Assembly (NCBI GenBank): GCA_009782875.1
Contig: WRIE01000003.1
Location: forward strand, 9,236 to 73,235
Direction of reading: 5' to 3'
From: Eubacteriaceae bacterium
Lineage (GTDB): Bacteria; Bacillota; Clostridia; Eubacteriales; Anaerofustaceae
Length of the DNA stretch: 64,000 bases
The notes under the pieces were generated by a model that was not told the origin of the DNA, did not search any database, and was given only the letters and a program-made list of their open reading frames with translations. A program made the translations under genes and the position numbers. Below are positions 58,056 to 64,000 of this stretch, piece by piece (positions within the stretch are counted from its first letter, which is position 1; each line of letters begins with the position of its first letter).

Positions 58056-58556
58056 ATGGTTTTTTTGTCACATATACCACAAAAGCAAATAAAATATTTA
58101 GAAGAAAATTTTTTGGGGGTAACTAAAATAGATAATATAAACAACCTCGAATTTGCAGAAGCAGCCGGTTTTGGATTTCCAGGCGCTGGGATGCCTGGCT
58201 TTGGTTTTGGAATGCCCGGCTTCGGGTTTCATTTGCCGACTAATATGACTGATTGGGCTTTTAGGGTTCAGTTAGCCATATGGGCTCAAGGCGCACAAAA
58301 ATTCAATTGGCTTTGGGGCAACCATGGCTTTTGGAATGGTTGGGCGAACCCAGGTGGCTGTGGCTGGGGCGGTTGGAATCCGGAAGGATGGCCGGGATTC
58401 CCTGGCGGGCCGGGCGGCTCTTGGCCGGGATTCCCCGGAGGACCTGGATTTCCTGGAGGCCCGGGATTCCCTGGCGGACCAGGTTTTCCAGGCTACCCAG
58501 GCGGTTCTTGGCCTGGATGGCCTGGTGGGCAATTTCCAATGCCCAGGAGTGAATAG
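58056..58556 (+). CDS. Gly/Pro/Trp/Phe-rich low-complexity protein with a short collagen-like G-X-Y run
   Basis: GFGFPGAGMPGFGFGMPGFGF ... WLWGNHGFWNGWANPGGCGWGGWNPEGW ... (GFP)(GGP)(GFP)(GGP)(GFP)(GGP)(GFP)(GYP)(GGS). A strong terminator lies 80 nt downstream. Start is uncertain (ATG 58056 has no RBS) and several frames are open across the repeat. Confidence 0.5.
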   Translation: MVFLSHIPQKQIKYLEENFLGVTKIDNINNLEFAEAAGFGFPGAGMPGFGFGMPGFGFHLPTNMTDWAFRVQLAIWAQGAQKFNWLWGNHGFWNGWANPGGCGWGGWNPEGWPGFPGGPGGSWPGFPGGPGFPGGPGFPGGPGFPGYPGGSWPGWPGGQFPMPRSE

Positions 58557-58637
58557 CGCCTGGTTTTAGCAGGTTGTGCATAAACGTAACAAATTGCGAA
58601 TAAAAGCTGCGGCATCAGCCTACTCTCAGCATGGGCT

Positions 58638-58687
58638 AAAAACAGGCTCCGGGAACCACAAGTATCTGGTTCCCGGAGCCTGTTTTT
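58638..58687. terminator. Bidirectional Rho-independent terminator (17-bp perfect stem)
   Basis: AAAAACAGGCTCCGGGAACCA-caagtatc-TGGTTCCCGGAGCCTGTTTTT between convergent genes. Confidence 0.85.
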
Positions 58688-58701
58688 GCAATACGTAACA
58701 A

Positions 58702-60963
58702 TTAACCGTCTTCTGGTGGTCCCGGCAAGCTTTTTTCAAGCCATTGGCTGGCTGTTTCCGGCTCCCCCAAGCTTGAGTAGGCTTGGGCAAGGACACCAGC
58801 AATCTCAGCTGTTGCGGCGTCTCTAGCCCCAAGGCGCCCTTCTTGCGCCGTGTATGCTTTTTCTAGCCAAGCAACCCCTTGCCGGCTCTCATACAGGTCA
58901 AGGTAAGCCTTTCCGATGTTGGCTAATGGGGCAGCGCTGTTAAATTGGTCTTCGCCTTCTAGCGATTCATACAAAGAGAGCTCTTTTTCAAAAAAGCCGA
59001 TTGCAGCCCTATGCTCCCCCTTTGCCCTTAGAATAGCGCCAATGCTTCCATAAGCGGTAGCAGTGGCAATATGGTTGCCAATAGAAGCTTCCCATATTGC
59101 GGCAGCCCTCTCCAGCCAAATAAGGGCATTGTCGAGCTCTTCCATCAGATAGTACGCAACAGCGATTTCATTGCAAATGCCTGCTATTTCCGGGTGCCCG
59201 GCGCCAAGATTTCCTTCTTTGATAACCAGCGCCTTAAAAAGCCACTCAAGGGTTCTCTCGCAGTCGCCTTGGTTTAAGTAGAAGGAAGCCATATCGCTGT
59301 AGCTTTTTGCTGTATCCATATGGCCAGTCCCCAAAGCCTGCTCCCTCAAGGCTACTACCATCTCGAACCAATGGTAGGCGTTGTCCTTGTTTCCTAACAA
59401 TAAATGCATGCTGGCGATGTTGCCATAGGATATTGCAAGATCCACATGGCCCTCGCCCAAAGCAGCTGTTCTAATTTCAAGGCCTTTTTCGTACCATTCC
59501 AGAGCCTTTTGGTGGTCATCTAGATGCTCCACATATATATAGCCTAAATTGTCGCAGGTTGTAGCGTTTTCAACACAGTTTATGCCCATTACGTCGCTCA
59601 GTATGGCAAATGACCTCTCAAAGCACTCGATCGCCTCATCGTGGCGCCCAGCCTTGACGTATGCAAACGCAAGCCTGTCAAGGGTTATCCCTGCCTCAAA
59701 ACTTGATTCCCCTAGAGTCTCGTTGTAGATCTCAAATCCAGTTTTTAGATGCTCCATGCCTTTGCCAAGCTCCCCTGTGGAAACCAGCGCATTGCCAATG
59801 TTGGAATAGGCTTTTGCTGTTTCCGGATGCAATGGCGGCATTGCGCTCTGGCAGATAGCCAATGCCTTCCTATGCCAATCCAATGCTTCATGGCATTTCC
59901 CCTGCGCTTCATACGCAGTTCCGATGCCTGAGCATATGCTGGCAGTGTCGGGATGCCCTACCCCATGGATCCTTTCGGTGATGTCAAGAGCGCCCATCAG
60001 CTCCTCTAGCGCATCGCCTGCTTCCCCTTGGCTAATGCGCTTCATTGCTAAATCCCTGGCAGCCAAAGCCCTGGTGGCCCATGTGGCCATAGTGCCGAAG
60101 TCAAACATGCCGGCATAAGCCGCAGAAATGTCAATACATGTTGAAGCAGTCTCGTAGTGCCCTTCACCAAAAGTTTTTTCCCGGATAGCCAGGGCTTTAG
60201 CCAGCCATTCCAAAGCTGTGTCATACAGCCCGAGCGCAACATGCAGGTTCCCTATGCTTGCATATACGCTTGCTGTGCCCGGATGGCTGGCGCCAAGTGT
60301 CTTTTCCCTGATTTCCATGGCTTTGGTATACCAGGCAAGGGCTTCGTCCGCCTCTTCCAAATATCCATAAACATTCCCGGCAATGGCGCATGCAGTAGCA
60401 GTGTCTTGGTGCCACGGGCCTAAAGCTGCTTCTGTCTTGGTGAATGATTTGCGGGCAAAAACAGGAGCTTCGGCAACCTTGCCGTTTTTCATTAGTGACA
60501 TTGCAATCCCTGACAACAACAGCCCGTGGCCATTGCCTTCAATAGAGAACGTCCTGCGGTCCAAAAGTTTCTCCAAGGCAAGGGCATGGGTGAGCAAAAG
60601 GCCTGCCGCTTCCCCTGCATTGCCCAAGGCTTCAAATAATGACTTGGCAAGCTTGCCTGCCAGCTCAGGAGAAGCAGGGGCGTATTCCCGGATAAAAGTT
60701 GAAACCTGCCCTTCCATATAGTAGCTGGTTGCCTCCCCATCTGCGGCAAGCCACTGTCCCTTTGCCAGCTCTGCAAGAACCCCCTTTAGATTGTCGTTGC
60801 CAAACAATTCCCCAATTGCCCCAATTGGCAAGGGATCCGGCGCAAGCAGGGAGAAAAGCTGCAGTATCTCCAATAATTTAGGTTTGCTCCTTAATTGGCT
60901 ATCGTTGAAGCGCTTGGCCATATTTTGCTCTGCAATCGTCTTCCACTTTTGGTTGTCTGACAT
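58702..60963 (-). CDS. Large TPR protein (kinesin-light-chain-type TPR_10/12 repeats) with a ~130-aa winged-helix-like N-terminus
   Basis: 753 aa. About 14 units of ~42 aa of type A..Y...A..I.E..LG..HP.TA..Y.N.G..Y...G.Y..ALEW..KAL. AAGGAG RBS. N-terminal LEILQLFSLLAPDPLPIGAI. Confidence 0.85.
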   Translation of the reverse strand: MSDNQKWKTIAEQNMAKRFNDSQLRSKPKLLEILQLFSLLAPDPLPIGAIGELFGNDNLKGVLAELAKGQWLAADGEATSYYMEGQVSTFIREYAPASPELAGKLAKSLFEALGNAGEAAGLLLTHALALEKLLDRRTFSIEGNGHGLLLSGIAMSLMKNGKVAEAPVFARKSFTKTEAALGPWHQDTATACAIAGNVYGYLEEADEALAWYTKAMEIREKTLGASHPGTASVYASIGNLHVALGLYDTALEWLAKALAIREKTFGEGHYETASTCIDISAAYAGMFDFGTMATWATRALAARDLAMKRISQGEAGDALEELMGALDITERIHGVGHPDTASICSGIGTAYEAQGKCHEALDWHRKALAICQSAMPPLHPETAKAYSNIGNALVSTGELGKGMEHLKTGFEIYNETLGESSFEAGITLDRLAFAYVKAGRHDEAIECFERSFAILSDVMGINCVENATTCDNLGYIYVEHLDDHQKALEWYEKGLEIRTAALGEGHVDLAISYGNIASMHLLLGNKDNAYHWFEMVVALREQALGTGHMDTAKSYSDMASFYLNQGDCERTLEWLFKALVIKEGNLGAGHPEIAGICNEIAVAYYLMEELDNALIWLERAAAIWEASIGNHIATATAYGSIGAILRAKGEHRAAIGFFEKELSLYESLEGEDQFNSAAPLANIGKAYLDLYESRQGVAWLEKAYTAQEGRLGARDAATAEIAGVLAQAYSSLGEPETASQWLEKSLPGPPEDG

Positions 60964-60995
60964 TGGCGTGGCTCCTTACTTTTAAGTTTGATTCT

Positions 60996-63449
60996 CTAAT
61001 ATCTAGACCTGGAGGCTAACAAAGCCCTTTGGCGCCATTTGACAGCCAAATTTGGCTCTTTAGTGTTCTCGTAGGCTTTTGCGATAAGCTCGCATACAAG
61101 CGCATGGGTTTCATCCCCTTGGGGACCTCCAACTTTCTCTAGTATTGCCAGAGACTTTTTCAGCCAAACTAAACTCTCTACGTAGTTTTCAGCATGGTTA
61201 TATTGATCGCTGATATTAATGCAGTCCATAGCTAATTCAAAACTTTCTTTGTCAGGGCTGTAGATTTCAAATGCCCGCGCCAGCCATTCGGCTGCTTTGG
61301 CATGGTTGCCTGATGTTGCTTGCAGCGATGCAATGGCTTTGCAGGCGTCACTGGCATCACCAATGTTTTCATCATTGGATTGTATGAACTCTAAAGCCCG
61401 CTCCATCCATTCAATGGCGGTGGCAAAATCCTCGGCATATGCGAATTCGTTGGAGATTCTGGCACACAAAAATCCGGCGTCTGAATCAGTGTACTCAGCT
61501 GAGGCTTGTGCGAATTCAAGGGCTTTTACTAAGCTGTCAATAGCTTTGCTGTAGTCTTTGCTGCTGCTGTATACTGAAGCGATGTTAGATAGGGCCATAT
61601 AAGTATATTGGTCTTCGCCAGCCAACACGCTTTCCGCAATGCCAAGCGCTTTTTCCAGCCATTCCAATGCGTCAGGGTATTTCTCCAAACGGGTGTAAAC
61701 GACACCTATCTGGTTGCAGGATATAGCAATGAAGCTATTCTCCTCCCCTTTAGCAGCCTTCAAGGCTTCATGCTCTTTAAGGAGCCATTCCAGGCCTTTG
61801 TCATATTTGCCTTGGCTTATGCAAAGGCTGATGACATCCCTGTATAGCGTCAAGTTGTCCACATGATCAGGGCCAAGGGTGTTTACAAAAGCCCGGAGGG
61901 AAATCTCAAGCCACCCTAGGGCAAGCTCATGCTTGTCTTGGTTCATGTATGCTATCCCTGTGCTCCTGGCAGCATTGGCAGTGTCGAGATTGTCCCTTCC
62001 AAATGCTTCCCTGAGCATTTCAAAGGACTTCTCAAACCAATCTGCAGATGTTTCATGGTCATGGAGGATCCCGTGCATAAAGCCCACGTCTTGGGCTACA
62101 ACCGCAAGCTTGTCAACAGGGTAGGTGTCGCCTAATGCCTCCAAAATTTCATAGGCAGCCAGCATGTTGTCCAAAGAAGCTTGGTAGTCCTCTTTCTTGT
62201 TGTATGCCCTGGCAGTGTAGAGCAGGCACATGGCTACTTCTTCGCTATTGGCCCCTTTCTCTGGCTTGAAGCTCTCTATTGACCTGGCCAAGTACTCGAT
62301 GGCATTGTCGAAGTCTTCTAGAGCCATATAGGCGTCAGCTACCCCCTGGGCGGACAAAGCGCTCTCAATATCGCCTACGCTTAGCTTTTCTCTAATGCCA
62401 TATGATTCTAAATGGCTATCTAGCGCACTTGGATATTGGCCATTGATGAGGTAAAACTCGCCTAGGTTATATAGCGCAGCAGCTGTGGCTACGTGATCGC
62501 CTGAAAGGACATTCCTGCAAATTTCCACAGTCAAGAGCAGCCCTTCACGCTCCATCGCATATTCTTGCGGGTCATCATATGCAGTTTGAAGCTGTTTATT
62601 GGCGATCACATTCGCAAGGGCGCCAAGGCCTTTAGAGAACCACTCATTAAACTGTTCAGCTTCCTCTAAGTCGGCATAGGTTATTGCGGCGCTCATGCAG
62701 GCGGATATTGTGTTTGGATGGTCTAGCCCATGGAGCTTCTCCCTGGTGGCAAAGGCATCCAAAAAGAGCTCCAAAGCTTTCTGGTATTCCTTTGCGAATT
62801 TGTGCAATGCCCCAATGTCTTCTTTTAGCAGCGCCACATCCCCATGCTCCGGCCCGTAAGCCGCCTCAAAGACCGAAAGGGATTTGCTATACCATTCCAT
62901 TGCCAAGCCAAGCTCACCCATTTCCCTGTAGCAAGACCCTATGCTATGCAAGGAGTCCGCTACGATAGGATCGGCCTCGCCATAAAGTTTTTCATTTGTT
63001 TCAAGCTCTTTGAAAAACCAGCCCAGCGCTTCGTTGGCTTTTTCGCTGGTGAAAAGCCTATAGCCAACAGAGTGGGCAAGCGCTGCAGCTGCGTTGCCGT
63101 CGAAGGCATGGCTGTCCCATATTGAAGCAACATGCGGGAGAATGGTGTCCAGGCTTGTTTTTTTGTTGTCAAGATCCCATAGAATGGATGCTAAAAAGTC
63201 TTTTAGCTGCTCGAAAGAAGGAGGCTGCTTTTCCCGCGCTTCCTTTCGGGCGCTTTGGGCAAGTGTAATCTGCCCGTCTTTTTTCTCTATAGCCCCCAAA
63301 TTTTCCAGCTCCTCAATAGCAGCTTCATTGTCCAATTCAAGCCAGTCAAGGGCAGTTGTCTCACTGATGGGGCAATCGGCAAGCAGCGACAAAATGCCTA
63401 TAAGCAATAACTGTTCGCTGTTTGCATTATCCAAGTTGGTGTTTTCCAT
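60996..63449 (-). CDS. Large TPR protein, paralog of the downstream gene
   Basis: 817 aa with the same repeat architecture. N-terminal LLLIGILSLLADCPISETTALDWL...LENLGAIEKKDGQITL. Separated from its paralog by 32 nt. Confidence 0.85.
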   Translation of the reverse strand: MENTNLDNANSEQLLLIGILSLLADCPISETTALDWLELDNEAAIEELENLGAIEKKDGQITLAQSARKEAREKQPPSFEQLKDFLASILWDLDNKKTSLDTILPHVASIWDSHAFDGNAAAALAHSVGYRLFTSEKANEALGWFFKELETNEKLYGEADPIVADSLHSIGSCYREMGELGLAMEWYSKSLSVFEAAYGPEHGDVALLKEDIGALHKFAKEYQKALELFLDAFATREKLHGLDHPNTISACMSAAITYADLEEAEQFNEWFSKGLGALANVIANKQLQTAYDDPQEYAMEREGLLLTVEICRNVLSGDHVATAAALYNLGEFYLINGQYPSALDSHLESYGIREKLSVGDIESALSAQGVADAYMALEDFDNAIEYLARSIESFKPEKGANSEEVAMCLLYTARAYNKKEDYQASLDNMLAAYEILEALGDTYPVDKLAVVAQDVGFMHGILHDHETSADWFEKSFEMLREAFGRDNLDTANAARSTGIAYMNQDKHELALGWLEISLRAFVNTLGPDHVDNLTLYRDVISLCISQGKYDKGLEWLLKEHEALKAAKGEENSFIAISCNQIGVVYTRLEKYPDALEWLEKALGIAESVLAGEDQYTYMALSNIASVYSSSKDYSKAIDSLVKALEFAQASAEYTDSDAGFLCARISNEFAYAEDFATAIEWMERALEFIQSNDENIGDASDACKAIASLQATSGNHAKAAEWLARAFEIYSPDKESFELAMDCINISDQYNHAENYVESLVWLKKSLAILEKVGGPQGDETHALVCELIAKAYENTKEPNLAVKWRQRALLASRSRY

Positions 63450-63697
63450 AAACCATCCATTTTTGACGCAGGATGCCCCACGCTTAAGCTATGGGTAGCA
63501 ATGCGCCATCTCCTTGTTCGAATAAATACTGTTTAAGGCCGCCCGCTAGGCGAAAAGTCCTTCGCATAGGTTGCCCAAGGTTTTATGCCTGCAGCCAGCC
63601 CCAAAAAAGCTGCCAACCGCAAGGCAGCAGGCTAGGGCTGCGGCCAAAATGAAGGCTAGGCTTGTTGGCGCTATGGCTGCGTTTGTAAAAAAGCATA

Positions 63698-64000
63698 TTG
63701 CTTAATTGTACGTTATTTGATGTAATTAGTCTAGAAACATCGCAAAAAGAGTATGCAAACGGATTAGTTGATTCGCCATTGGTTGCGCACCTTTCTTGTA
63801 ATGAAGGTGCAGATTGTTCTCTTGCAACCACAATTGTGCCTTTAGTTACGATACCGCAGGAAAATCTGGGAGTGTTTGAGAAAGTTGCCCTTGAGATATC
63901 AGGGGGCAGTGGCGGGATGTGCACAGCGAAGGTTTCAGTATCGGAAAAGCGGCTGGATGACCGAGCGCGGGTGTGCCCGGTGGTTATCGACCCCACTGTG
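63698..64000 (+). CDS. Unlisted partial ORF running off the 3' window edge (unknown family), start uncertain
   Basis: 101 stop-free codons with ~40% G at codon position 1 and ordinary amino-acid composition (..KEYANGLVDSPLVAHLSCNEGADCSLATTIVPLVTIPQENLGVFEKVALEISGGSGGMCTAKVSVSEKRLDD..). It is antisense to the listed 137-aa ORF, which looks like a shadow ORF. Confidence 0.4.
   Translation, partial: MLNCTLFDVISLETSQKEYANGLVDSPLVAHLSCNEGADCSLATTIVPLVTIPQENLGVFEKVALEISGGSGGMCTAKVSVSEKRLDDRARVCPVVIDPTV

Noticed and set aside
58272-58581. Four additional ORFs (both strands) across the Gly/Pro repeat
   Set aside because: All frames stay open because of the GC-rich G-X-Y-type repeat. Only the longest plus-strand frame extends into unique sequence and is followed by a terminator.
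63583-63996. Listed 137-aa minus-strand ORF upstream of the TPR genes
   Set aside because: It has Ser/Arg/Pro/Cys-rich composition and poor codon-position statistics. The opposite strand carries a better coding frame that runs off the window.
1-64000. CRISPR arrays, tRNA or rRNA genes
   Set aside because: Reading the intergenic regions showed no regularly spaced direct repeats with unique spacers and no tRNA- or rRNA-like sequences. The only tandem or clustered repeats are those listed above (Big_2, IS256 44-mers, mini-hairpins).

Overview
This looks like a chromosomal segment from a spore-forming, Clostridia-like Firmicute. Supporting markers are spoVT, the rpmH-rnpA-yidD-yidC-jag cluster and a folate operon behind a THF-riboswitch-like leader. 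Housekeeping blocks are yicC-gmk; modABC plus molybdenum-cofactor maturation genes (XdhC-like, MoeA-like, MocA-like); a pseudouridine synthase, an aminotransferase and metG; the rpmH cluster and tdk; folE-HD-folP-folBK; spoVT, uvrA, lon, engB and serS; and a 5-gene peptide/nickel-type ABC importer. Accessory or decaying islands interrupt these blocks. (i) 1.6-3.8 kb holds a YHYH/Big_2 surface protein and a frameshifted ORF. (ii) 11.7-12.4 kb is an IS256-family remnant. (iii) 18.4-21.5 kb holds MarR, a split HipA-like pair and an MFS transporter. (iv) 25.3-34.2 kb is a mobile-element graveyard: an IS200/IS605 tnpA remnant with REP-like mini-hairpins, an orphan membrane protein, an IS4/IS1634-like remnant, an IS256 copy with intact 8-bp target duplication but a degenerate transposase, a frameshifted GNAT gene and a solo IS607-type tnpA. 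(v) 46.8-49.5 kb holds a DUF2975-like/HTH/lipoprotein operon behind a 23-bp perfect inverted repeat. (vi) 55.3-64 kb is an AT-rich island with pseudogene debris, an orphan 215-aa ORF, a Gly/Pro/Trp-rich ORF and two tandem giant TPR paralogs. I saw no rRNA, tRNA or CRISPR array. The best candidates for something undescribed are the 'headless STAND' TPR pair with its neighbours, the MarR-linked split HipA-like module with non-canonical catalytic residues, and the IS200-remnant/REP-like hairpin cluster. All family calls come from motif recognition by eye. No database search, HMM or folding program was available, so family names and start codons are provisional.
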